Shown here piece after piece: positions 1-8,383 of a stretch of DNA of 32,000 nucleotides. The position numbers and the translations under genes are program-made. The stretch spans positions 2,670,001 through 2,702,000 of the forward strand of contig NC_020304.1 in the NCBI RefSeq assembly GCF_000341395.1, read 5' to 3'. The notes below the pieces were generated by a model that saw nothing but the letters and a program-made list of their open reading frames with translations, was not told the origin of the DNA and did no database searches. How positions within the stretch are numbered: the stretch's first letter is position 1; every line of letters begins with the position of its first letter. The stretch comes from Desulfocapsa sulfexigens DSM 10523 (GTDB taxonomy: Bacteria > Desulfobacterota > Desulfobulbia > Desulfobulbales > Desulfocapsaceae).

Positions 1-1036
1 CAATCATGGCCCCAATAAAGAGGGCAGGGGCAAAAACTCCACCGGCTCCACCTGATCCAAGGGTTATGGATGTTGCAAAAATCTTCATAAAAATGAGAAT
101 AAAGAGAAGCAAAATAGCTCCCTCACCATTGAGGACTCTTTCTATGAAACTGTATCCATCTCCCATTATCTCGGGATAGGCCATCGCCATGCAGCCAATG
201 AGAAAGGCACCAGTTATTGGTTTCAGCTGCGGGTGTAGAGGCAATGCCTCGTATTTGTCTCTTACCCAGTAAAAGACACGGATATAGAAGACCGCAATCA
301 GTCCGATGATGATTGCCAGAAGAATGTAGAGTGGCAACTCCACGAAGGGGTTAACCATAACATAGTGTGGAATCGGGAAAGCGGGTATTTCACCGTAATA
401 TGCTCGTGTGACAACGGTAGAAAGAGCAGAAGCGATGACAAGAGCGGAAAAGGAGGAAATTTCAAAGGTGCCGAGGAGTACAATTTCCGAAGCAAAAAAT
501 ATACCGGCTATGGGGGCATTAAACATCCCTGCTATCCCACCTGCAGCGCCAGCTGCAATATATACTTTCATCCTGCTGCCGGATACTCTGAAAAACTGTC
601 CAACCTGAGATCCTGCTGCGCCACCAATCGCGGCGATTGGACCTTCAACACCGGCGGAATTCCCGGTACCGATGGTAAGGGCAGTGGTGATAATCTTGAG
701 TGCTATGGTTCTTGCCTTGATATATCCGCCCTCAAGATTGACTTTGCGGAGAAATTTCGTAAATCCGTAGCCGTTGACTTCTCCTGGAAAAAGAAGTGAA
801 AGGGGAATCAAAAGAACCATGCCGGCCATGGGAATGAGGGGGAGTAACAGGAGGTGCCAGCCGCCCTGGTCAATGTTGAGCAGATCTTTTCCGCCAACCA
901 TGAATATTTCATCCACCCAATGAACAATAGTCCGAAAAACGATATTGCAGAGACCGGCCAGAAGACCAATCACGGAGGCAATAATCATCATGCCGGTATT
1001 TTCGCCGGGCATGAACTTTCGGAGGTTATATTTCAT
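1..1036 (-). CDS. CLC-family voltage-gated chloride channel / H+-Cl- antiporter (3' end truncated by window edge)
   Basis: Reverse-strand translation from ATG at 1036: MKYNLRKFMPGENTGMMIIASVIGLLAGLCNIVFRTIVHW... with the CLC selectivity-filter-like motif GTGNSAGVEGP and hydrophobic helices. Open to the window edge, so absent from the ORF track. Start overlaps the upstream gene's stop (ATGA). Confidence 0.88.
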   Translation of the reverse strand, partial: MKYNLRKFMPGENTGMMIIASVIGLLAGLCNIVFRTIVHWVDEIFMVGGKDLLNIDQGGWHLLLLPLIPMAGMVLLIPLSLLFPGEVNGYGFTKFLRKVNLEGGYIKARTIALKIITTALTIGTGNSAGVEGPIAAIGGAAGSQVGQFFRVSGSRMKVYIAAGAAGGIAGMFNAPIAGIFFASEIVLLGTFEISSFSALVIASALSTVVTRAYYGEIPAFPIPHYVMVNPFVELPLYILLAIIIGLIAVFYIRVFYWVRDKYEALPLHPQLKPITGAFLIGCMAMAYPEIMGDGYSFIERVLNGEGAILLLFILIFMKIFATSITLGSGGAGGVFAPALFIGAMI

Positions 1037-2283
1037 TGTTTTCTTGGTACCTTACAGCCGACGTTTGCAGCCTGTTTAAGGAAGAAATCATCTGTCATTC
1101 CTGCTATATAGTCACAAACCATGGCGGCAGGTGTGTGTGATTCAAGATAGGACGCATCCATGTCGGTCATGATATCTACGGGTTTTGTTGTCTGCCCGCT
1201 TTCCAGTTGCGTGAGATAGTGAGTAAAGAGTGCTTCGTAACAGTTTTGAATAAGGGGAAGATTTGTCTTGGTTTTGGGGTGAAGATAGATGTTTTTGTAA
1301 TTGAATGTTTTCAGTTCCTGGAGAAATTCGGAGATTTCCTGAGAAAACCCGATATGTCCATTTCTGCTGTCACCACTGGATGGAAGGACACTGTTACGGA
1401 TAAGGTCTGTGACCAGGGTATAAACGATTTCTCCGTTGGTACGGCCAAGTTGTGTGCGGCAGGATTCCGGGATATCTTCGCGTCGTATGAGCTTCAGTAG
1501 AATGGCGTCTTCGATGTCTCTTCCGATATAAGCCACGGTGTCAGCCATGCGGACGACACACCCTTCAAAGGTCATGGGAGCGAGTTTGTAACCTGGATTT
1601 TCTTTTTTCTTTTCAAGCTCCCTGTCAAACGAGGCAAAGTTTTTAACGGTGCCCGGGCTTATTCTGTTGGCGTGGACCTCACCATCATGACAGAGGATAC
1701 CGTCGAGGGTCTGCAGACTGAGATTCCAGCCCCGTCCTTTGCGTTCCAGGTGGTTCAAAAAACGAACCGACTGAATATTATGCTGAAAGGGGGGCAGGTC
1801 GTGTTTCCTGCAGAGATCTGCGAGAAAGTTTTCTCCGTCGTGTCCAAATGGGGCATGGCCTATGTCGTGGCCAAGGGCTATAGCTTCAATGAGATCTTCG
1901 TTAAGTTTAAGAAAGCGACCTATCGTTCTGGCAATTCGTGATACCAGCTGGACGTGGAGAACCCGATGAGTAATATGGTCATTGGAGACCATGCAAAATA
2001 CCTGGGTTTTGTCAATATAGCGGGTATAGGCCCGGGAGTGGATAATGCGATCCGCATCAAGGCTGAAGGCTTGTCGGTACCCGTTACGCTCTTCCTGTCT
2101 TCGACGTATAGCATCTGTTGAACGGGTAGCTGCCGGAGAGAGCCTCTCTTCTTCCATCCTGTTGAGGTGATCGAGCATTGGGAGGAGGCTGTTTTGTGGG
2201 CTGGGTGCCTGCATTATTCTACTGATAAAAGAGTGGGGTTCGGAGAATCTGTAAAAGTAAAAAAGGCCATTAGGCCAAGTCAA
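1033..2283 (-). CDS. dgt: Deoxyguanosinetriphosphate triphosphohydrolase-like protein (HD domain)
   Basis: 416-aa ORF; RSRAYTRYIDKTQVF, HRVLHVQLVSRIARTIGR, EAIALGHDIGHAPFGHDGE (HD motif), RMADTVAYIGRDIEDA typical of dGTPase-like HD hydrolases. True start may be internal (Met at 2214 or 2178). Confidence 0.9.
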   Translation of the reverse strand: MTWPNGLFYFYRFSEPHSFISRIMQAPSPQNSLLPMLDHLNRMEEERLSPAATRSTDAIRRRQEERNGYRQAFSLDADRIIHSRAYTRYIDKTQVFCMVSNDHITHRVLHVQLVSRIARTIGRFLKLNEDLIEAIALGHDIGHAPFGHDGENFLADLCRKHDLPPFQHNIQSVRFLNHLERKGRGWNLSLQTLDGILCHDGEVHANRISPGTVKNFASFDRELEKKKENPGYKLAPMTFEGCVVRMADTVAYIGRDIEDAILLKLIRREDIPESCRTQLGRTNGEIVYTLVTDLIRNSVLPSSGDSRNGHIGFSQEISEFLQELKTFNYKNIYLHPKTKTNLPLIQNCYEALFTHYLTQLESGQTTKPVDIMTDMDASYLESHTPAAMVCDYIAGMTDDFFLKQAANVGCKVPRKQ

Positions 2284-2425
2284 AAGAAAATATTATACCA
2301 GACTGAGTGGAAAAAGCACGTTTTGGAGCTGGGCTCCTGTGAAAAATGGTTTGTTTCCCAAACGTATGTGTTAGAATCCGTCAGATTATTTTTACTTGCT
2401 TACAAATAAGAACAGGAGAATTTGC

Positions 2426-2644
2426 GTGAAGGTTTCCATTGAATACTGCACGAAGTGAAACTATAAACCTCGTGCTTCCAGTCTGGGAGAAGAGTTGACT
2501 ACCCGGTTTAATGCAGACGTTGAGTTGATTGCATCGGATGGTGGTGTTTTTGAAGTTGTGGTTGATGGCAGGAAGATTTTTTCCAAAAAAGCGTTAAATC
2601 GTTTTCCTGAAGAAGGTGAGATTTTTAGCCAGATTCAAGCCTGA
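2426..2644 (+). CDS. selW: SelW/Rdx-family selenoprotein with in-frame UGA = Sec (CxxU redox motif), 72 aa
   Basis: GTG start at 2426 preceded by AGGAG (2414-2418). Translation with readthrough: MKVSIEYCTK-U-NYKPRASSLGEELTTRFNADVELIASDGGVFEVVVDGRKIFSKKALNRFPEEGEIFSQIQA*. UGA at 2456-2458 sits at the U of CTKU; the frame is open on both sides and ends at TGA 2642-2644. The GGVFEVxVDGxxIFSKK..xRFPE pattern is characteristic of the SelW-like/Rdx family. Confidence 0.9.
2465..2509 (+). promoter_or_regulatory. Candidate bacterial SECIS element (apical hairpin 2475-2489)
   Basis: 5-bp stem CUUCC(2475-2479)/GGGAG(2485-2489) closing loop AGUCU (2480-2484). The apical loop begins 22 nt after the UGA and has G at loop position 2. 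A possible outer helix pairs AAACC (2465-2469) with GGUUU (2505-2509). Confidence 0.5.
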
Positions 2645-2662
2645 CAGGGAGTAATGCAAAGT

Positions 2663-3175
2663 TTACTCTTTGTTGGTTTGCAGGTTGCAGGAAGAGACGC
2701 ATTCGTTGCAATTGTTTCTGGTGGTCCCGCGTTTACAGTAATCTGCAAAGCCTTCAAGAAGGTCATCGCCACCTCGTGGGCAGACCTGTAAGAAGTTGAT
2801 AAAGGAAATCATTCGTTCGATGACTTCAGGAGGGGCAGCATGTTCTACTTTGCAGGCACCTTCTTCTGCAGTTTTCGGATCGATGGCAAGCACTTCAGTG
2901 AAGAAACGCTTTAAGGCATCATGACGAAAAATAACGTCTTCCGCTGTTTTTTTTCCGACAGTAGTGAGAGTGATTGGTTCGTAGGGTGCGTAATGAATTA
3001 ACTTTTTTTTGGAGAGAGTACGAAGGGCTTCTGTTACGGATGCCCTGCTGACACTCAGTCGGGTTGCAATATCCTTACTTCTGGCAACCTGTTTTTTGGT
3101 TATGATATGATATATTGCCTCTATGTAGTCTTCCAGGCTGGCACTGAGCGGAACCGTTTGAGTAGGCATAATCAA
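2663..3175 (-). CDS. DtxR/MntR-family metal-dependent transcriptional regulator
   Basis: 170 aa; SLEDYIEAIYHI...ARSKDIATRLSVSRASVTEALRTLSKKKLIHYAPYEPITLTTVGKKTAEDVIFRHDALKRFFTEVL is a classic DtxR N-terminal wHTH plus dimerisation domain. Likely ATG start at 3169. Confidence 0.9.
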   Translation of the reverse strand: MIMPTQTVPLSASLEDYIEAIYHIITKKQVARSKDIATRLSVSRASVTEALRTLSKKKLIHYAPYEPITLTTVGKKTAEDVIFRHDALKRFFTEVLAIDPKTAEEGACKVEHAAPPEVIERMISFINFLQVCPRGGDDLLEGFADYCKRGTTRNNCNECVSSCNLQTNKE

Positions 3176-3448
3176 CGTATCTTTGAGATAGTATGAACGT
3201 ACTTAGGGTAGAGGAAGAGACACCCGATAGAATTCTTCTTAAAATACCCTTGTTTGCCAGTGTCGTCAAGTTTGTTGAAGTTGTAGTATTAGTAAACGGT
3301 CAGTAAGGCGGCCCAGATACATCCACGAATTGTTTTTATAAAGAGTCCTGATACGCGTCGACTGTGAAAGTAAGTCTAAGCTATTAAAAAGGCAGAGAGT
3401 GCCAAAATATTTTTTTTTCGGGCTGATCCCGGAATCCATTATTCTCAT

Positions 3449-5137
3449 ATGCTCTGTGAATTGAAAATTGATAATCTTGCTCTGATTGAAAGTCTTCATC
3501 TTGATCTTTGCTGCCAAAATGGAAATGGACTGGTTGTGATGACCGGTGAAACCGGAGCCGGAAAATCTATCATGCTCCGTGCCATTCACCTCCTTACTGG
3601 TGGCAGGGCATCTGCTGACTGGATTCGTAATGGGGCTGAATGCTGCACTGTGGAGGCACTTTTTGAGGTTTCTCAGAATAACCAGCTGTTGCAGGAAATA
3701 TTTGCCAAGCAGGGGATCGATGCTGAAGAAACCCTTGTTATGAAACGGGTGGTGACCAATAAGGGCAGGAGCCGGATGTATATTAATGGCTCTCCCGCCA
3801 CTACCAAAATGGCAGCGGAACTTGCCGTGAGCCTGCTGAATGTTGCCAGTCAACATGATCACCAGCAATTGCTGCAGCCCTGGTTTCATCTGGATTTTCT
3901 TGATACCATGGGAGAGACCTGGCCCCTGAGAAAACAGTTTGATCTACTTTTTGGGAGGTGGCAGGGAAAACGAGACGAACTGGAACAGCTTCAAAAACAG
4001 GAACAGGAAAAGGAACAGCGCAGGGATTTTCTTCAGTACCAGTTGGAGGAAATCAGGGCCATTGAGCCGATTCCAGGGGAAGACGAACTCCTCGCTGAAG
4101 AAAAGAAACGACTGAAAAGTGCCGATACTCTGATAAAGATCAGCAGAAAATCCCACGGTCTTATGGAGCAATCTCTGCTTGACGGCCTGATCCAGATTCG
4201 GATGGATATGAGTCAGGCTGCAGAACTTGATGGCGACGCGAAGGAACTGGCAACTGAGCTTGCAGAGTTCAGTTATCATGCTGAAGATCTGGTGTTGAAA
4301 CTGCGGGAATACAGAGATTCCCTGAACAATGATCCCTACCGGCTTGACACTGTAAATGAGCGCCTCAATGAGCTTCAGGGCTTGAAGCGAAAATACGGAG
4401 ACAGCCTCGAAGCTGTAATCGCTTTTGCCGAAGATGCTGAGGCACAGTTGCAGCAGATAGAAAACCTCGAAAAGGTTGTGAGTGGATGTGAGGCCGAGGT
4501 ACTGGCACTTGAAAGCGAACTCTGCCTTTTTGCTGGAAAGCTCAGTGAAAAAAGAAAAAAGACAGCGGTAACATTGGAACAATCCATGGGGAAAGAGCTT
4601 GAATCCCTTGCCTTTAACCAATCGGGGCTCGAGGTTCGTTTTCAGGAACATGGGGAGAATGTGGCGGCACTGCGGCAGGGGGGCTGGGATAAGGTGGAAT
4701 TCTTTTTCTCCGCAAATCCCGGTGAGCCGGTGAGACCTCTTGTGAAAGTGGCTTCCGGTGGTGAACTTTCTCGTCTGATGCTTGCCTTTAAATGTCTCCT
4801 TGCCAGGAAGGATATGGTGGAGACAGTGATTTTTGATGAGGTGGACGCCGGAATCGGGGGAGAGGCTGCAGAGGCGGTGGCTAGAAAAATTCAGGAACTT
4901 TCCACTCACCATCAGGTTTTCTGTATAACCCATCTGCCACAGATTGCAGCCCGGGGGAATACCCATTTTCTCGTGGAAAAAGGTGTGGAGGACGGACGAA
5001 CCCAGTCAGGAATATATATGCTTACGCCGGAGCAGCGCCTCAATGAAGTGAGCAGAATGCTGGCAGGGGAGTCTGTGTCTGATCAAACACGTGCCTGGGC
5101 TGAAGAACTGCTGGCAAAGGGAAGGGGCGCTGCGTGA
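3449..5137 (+). CDS. recN: DNA repair protein RecN (SMC-like ATPase)
   Basis: 562 aa; Walker A GETGAGKS, signature VASGGELSRLMLAFK, Walker B TVIFDEVDAGIGG, VFCITHLPQIAARG, with a central coiled coil. Confidence 0.97.
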   Translation: MLCELKIDNLALIESLHLDLCCQNGNGLVVMTGETGAGKSIMLRAIHLLTGGRASADWIRNGAECCTVEALFEVSQNNQLLQEIFAKQGIDAEETLVMKRVVTNKGRSRMYINGSPATTKMAAELAVSLLNVASQHDHQQLLQPWFHLDFLDTMGETWPLRKQFDLLFGRWQGKRDELEQLQKQEQEKEQRRDFLQYQLEEIRAIEPIPGEDELLAEEKKRLKSADTLIKISRKSHGLMEQSLLDGLIQIRMDMSQAAELDGDAKELATELAEFSYHAEDLVLKLREYRDSLNNDPYRLDTVNERLNELQGLKRKYGDSLEAVIAFAEDAEAQLQQIENLEKVVSGCEAEVLALESELCLFAGKLSEKRKKTAVTLEQSMGKELESLAFNQSGLEVRFQEHGENVAALRQGGWDKVEFFFSANPGEPVRPLVKVASGGELSRLMLAFKCLLARKDMVETVIFDEVDAGIGGEAAEAVARKIQELSTHHQVFCITHLPQIAARGNTHFLVEKGVEDGRTQSGIYMLTPEQRLNEVSRMLAGESVSDQTRAWAEELLAKGRGAA

Positions 5138-6183
5138 AACAGATAACTGCACTTGCCCTTTTCTCCGGTGGCTTGGATTCCATCCTTGCCGCGAAGCTGG
5201 TGGCATCCCTTGGTGTACGTGTCCTGGCGGTAAAATTTGTGACCCCGTTTTTCGATTATGAACTGCTCGATGATCCAGAAAAATACAAACAGAAGATTAT
5301 GGATAAATATGGAATAGAAGTGGTTCTCCATGATCTCAGTCATAATTATCTTGATCTGCTGCATAATCCATCGCACGGATTTGGCAAAAATTTTAATCCC
5401 TGTATTGATTGCAAAATTCTCATGTGTCGTCGGGCAAGGGAAATGATGCCTGAATATGGAGCGTCTTTTCTTGTCAGTGGCGAAGTGCTTGGGCAACGTC
5501 CCATGTCTCAGCGTCGTGATACTTTGCGGGTTATTGAACGTGATTCAGAGAATGACGGCCTCTTGCTGCGACCGCTTTCTGCAAAACTCATGACCCCGAC
5601 AACGGCTGAAACTGAAGGGTGGATTGATCGTGAAAAGCTCCTTAACTTCAGTGGTCGCGGACGATCGAGACAGATACAGCTTGCAAAGGAATATGGTATA
5701 ACGGATTTTCCCGCACCTGCTGGTGGCTGTATGCTGGCTGATCCTATCCTCAGTACACGAATAGAGAAGATCTACAATGGTGATTTTGTAATAAAGGCGG
5801 AGGAGATAACTGTTACTGATGTTCGTTTTTTGTTAGTCGGACGCCAGTTTCTTCTTCCGGATGGCTTTTGGGTAATCCTTGGCCGCAATGAAAAAGAAAA
5901 TATCAAAATTGAGAATCTGGCTGAAGATACTGACGTGTTGGTTCATATGCCTGACAGACCAGGCCCCACTGCTCTGCTTCGGAATTCCAATAACCGCTTG
6001 TTAACCAGTGGCAATAAAGACGAGATTATTGCCAGGGCTGCAGGCCTGGTTGTGCGATACGGAAAAACAGTGGAAGAGGATCCCGGAGCGGCATTAGAAA
6101 TTCAAGGCTTAGGGACAACATACAGGATAACAGGGCACCCGATTTCTGAACAATTGTGCAGGGATTGGATGATACAAAGTTAA
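5134..6183 (+). CDS. PP-loop ATPase (ThiI/MnmA-like tRNA-sulfurtransferase superfamily) with NFACT-R/DUF814-like C-terminal domain
   Basis: 349 aa; PP-loop LFSGGLDS, NPCIDCK and GGCMLADP cysteines; C-terminal ILGRNEKENIKIENLAEDTDVLVHMPDRPGPTALLR resembles the NFACT-R signature. GTG start overlaps the recN stop by 4 nt. Confidence 0.78.
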   Translation: MKQITALALFSGGLDSILAAKLVASLGVRVLAVKFVTPFFDYELLDDPEKYKQKIMDKYGIEVVLHDLSHNYLDLLHNPSHGFGKNFNPCIDCKILMCRRAREMMPEYGASFLVSGEVLGQRPMSQRRDTLRVIERDSENDGLLLRPLSAKLMTPTTAETEGWIDREKLLNFSGRGRSRQIQLAKEYGITDFPAPAGGCMLADPILSTRIEKIYNGDFVIKAEEITVTDVRFLLVGRQFLLPDGFWVILGRNEKENIKIENLAEDTDVLVHMPDRPGPTALLRNSNNRLLTSGNKDEIIARAAGLVVRYGKTVEEDPGAALEIQGLGTTYRITGHPISEQLCRDWMIQS

Positions 6184-6281
6184 GACAAGCCCGCCTTGCG
6201 CAAGCACAGTTTTTTTGGTAAACGTCATGTGCTTAAACAGAATAAGTATTTTGCAGCTATACACAATGAGGATAAATAATA

Positions 6282-7367
6282 ATGAAGACAGCCTTTATTA
6301 CAGGGGTAACTGGGCAGGATGGCGCGTACCTTGCTGAATTTTTATTGGGGAAAGGCTACGATGTCCACGGTCTGAAACGAAGGGCATCATCTTTTAATAC
6401 TGACAGGGTTGATCATCTCTATCAGGATCCTCATGAAGAAGATGTACGGTTTACTCTTCACTATGGTGATCTCACTGATTCCACCAATCTGATTCGTATT
6501 ATTCAGGAAATCCAACCGGATGAGATTTATAATCTTGCTGCTCAGAGTCATGTGGCAGTCTCTTTTGAGACTCCTGAGTATACAGCGAATTCTGATGCAT
6601 TGGGTACACTCCGGGTCCTGGAGGCCATTCGTATTCTCGGGCTGGAAGGAAAAACAAAATTTTATCAGGCTTCGACTTCTGAGTTGTTTGGAAAGGTTCA
6701 GGAAACCCCGCAGACTGAAAAAACACCCTTTTATCCAAGATCTCCTTATGCCTGCGCGAAATTATATTCCTACTGGATCTGTGTGAATTATCGGGAAGCA
6801 TATAACATGTATGCCTGCAATGGCATTCTCTTTAATCACGAATCACCTGTCAGAGGAGAAACCTTTGTTACCCGTAAGATCACTCGTGCTCTGGCGCGAA
6901 TAAAACTAGGTCTCCAGAAAGATATGTATCTGGGCAATCTGAGTGCCAAACGCGATTGGGGACATGCTAAAGACTATGTAAAAATGCAGTGGTTGATGCT
7001 GCAGCAGGAAACGCCTGAAGATTTTGTTATTGCTACAGGGGTGCAGCATTCAGTTCGTGAGTTTGTTCAGATTGCGGCAGAACAACTGGACATGCAGATT
7101 GAGTGGCGGGGTGAGGGGCTTCAGGAAATTGGTGTCGAAAAGAATAGTGGAAAAACCATTGTTCATGTTGATTCCCGTTATTTCCGTCCAACGGAGGTTG
7201 AAACTCTACTTGGTAATCCTGCAAAGGCTAAAGAAAAATTGGGGTGGGTTCCTGAGATTACCTTTGAGCAACTGGTACAGGAAATGGTTGTTGCAGATCT
7301 GAAACTTGCTGAACGTGATCAGATTGTGAGTAAGAAGGGATACAAAGCGTATAATTATTTTGAGTAG
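6282..7367 (+). CDS. gmd: GDP-mannose 4,6-dehydratase
   Basis: 361 aa; [80 protein letters not shown]; classic GMD. Confidence 0.97.
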   Translation: MKTAFITGVTGQDGAYLAEFLLGKGYDVHGLKRRASSFNTDRVDHLYQDPHEEDVRFTLHYGDLTDSTNLIRIIQEIQPDEIYNLAAQSHVAVSFETPEYTANSDALGTLRVLEAIRILGLEGKTKFYQASTSELFGKVQETPQTEKTPFYPRSPYACAKLYSYWICVNYREAYNMYACNGILFNHESPVRGETFVTRKITRALARIKLGLQKDMYLGNLSAKRDWGHAKDYVKMQWLMLQQETPEDFVIATGVQHSVREFVQIAAEQLDMQIEWRGEGLQEIGVEKNSGKTIVHVDSRYFRPTEVETLLGNPAKAKEKLGWVPEITFEQLVQEMVVADLKLAERDQIVSKKGYKAYNYFE

Positions 7368-8313
7368 GCTTATGGATTCTCACTCATCTATTTACGTAGC
7401 CGGACACCGTGGCCTGGTTGGAGCAGCAATTTGCCGATCTCTTACCAAGGCGGGATATACGAACATTCTCACTCAATCACATGCTGAACTTGAGTTGACA
7501 AATCAAGCAGCAGTGCAGGAATATTTTGCTGATGTACAGCCTGAATATGTCTTTCTGTCTGCTGCAAAAGTAGGCGGTATTCACGCGAACGATACCTTTC
7601 CTGCAGATTTTATCCGCGATAATTTGTTGATACAGACAAATGTTATTGACGCTGCGTATCAAAACAAAGCCAAAAAACTTCTATTTCTCGGATCCTCCTG
7701 TATTTATCCCAGGCTTTGTCCTCAACCGATGAAAGAGGAATATCTGTTAACAGGTCCTCTTGAAATCACCAATGAGTGGTATGCCATTGCGAAAATAGCA
7801 GGAATTAAAATGTGCCAGGCGTATCGAAAGCAATATGGATTCAACGCGATTAGTCTTATGCCGACAAATCTGTACGGTCCTGGGGATAATTTTGATCTGG
7901 AAAATTCTCATGTGTTACCGGCGCTCATGCTTAAATGTCACAATGCAAAGAAAAACGGTGATGCTCAAATGACAGTATGGGGCACCGGAAAGGCTTTAAG
8001 GGAATTTCTGCATGTGGATGACCTTGCTGATGCCAGTGTGTTTCTTATGGAATCCTGTGACGATTCGGAACCGGTTAATATTGGAAGCGGTCGAGAAATT
8101 TCCATAGGTGATTTGGCTCATCTTGTGGCCAATGTTGTCGGGTTTAAGGGAGAAATTGTTTTTAATACAGAAATGCCTGATGGAACTCCTCGAAAGCTGC
8201 TTGACAGCAGCAAGCTTAATACTCTCGGTTGGCATTCTCATATTACCTTGGAACAGGGTCTTATTCAAACCTATCAATGGTTTTTAGAAAATCAGGAAAT
8301 AATAAGATCATAA
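7360..8313 (+). CDS. fcl: GDP-L-fucose synthase (likely start ATG 7372)
   Basis: 317 aa; [80 protein letters not shown]; adjacent to gmd. Confidence 0.95.
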   Translation: MSRLMDSHSSIYVAGHRGLVGAAICRSLTKAGYTNILTQSHAELELTNQAAVQEYFADVQPEYVFLSAAKVGGIHANDTFPADFIRDNLLIQTNVIDAAYQNKAKKLLFLGSSCIYPRLCPQPMKEEYLLTGPLEITNEWYAIAKIAGIKMCQAYRKQYGFNAISLMPTNLYGPGDNFDLENSHVLPALMLKCHNAKKNGDAQMTVWGTGKALREFLHVDDLADASVFLMESCDDSEPVNIGSGREISIGDLAHLVANVVGFKGEIVFNTEMPDGTPRKLLDSSKLNTLGWHSHITLEQGLIQTYQWFLENQEIIRS

Positions 8314-8383
8314 AGTAGAGTCTTATCCTGGAAGGTGAAGGGATACTGGGAAGCATATTCCCGGAACAAATAAGTGGGATATA

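Noticed and set aside
365-799. 144-aa plus-strand ORF.
   Set aside because: Antisense to the well-supported CLC channel coding region.
2167-2409. 80-aa plus-strand ORF upstream of the selenoprotein.
   Set aside because: Overlaps the dGTPase 5' end on the opposite strand and has no recognisable motif; could not be supported.
2426-2644. The in-frame UGA could be read as a premature stop in a decayed gene.
   Set aside because: The UGA is exactly at the Sec position of CxxU in a family known to use Sec, the rest of the frame is intact with family-typical residues, there is a strong Shine-Dalgarno, and a SECIS-like hairpin lies at the right distance.
3266-3889. 207-aa minus-strand ORF.
   Set aside because: Its larger part is antisense to the recN N-terminus; no family motifs.
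3944-4966. 340-aa ORF on the minus strand.
   Set aside because: Entirely antisense to recN, which has complete family motifs; the antisense translation has no recognisable domain and low-complexity Leu/Phe runs.
6195-6223. cgccttgcgcaagcacagttttttt looked like a rho-independent terminator after the PP-loop gene.
   Set aside because: The palindrome cttgcgcaag leaves only about a 3-bp stem once a loop is allowed and is separated from the T-run; too weak to call.
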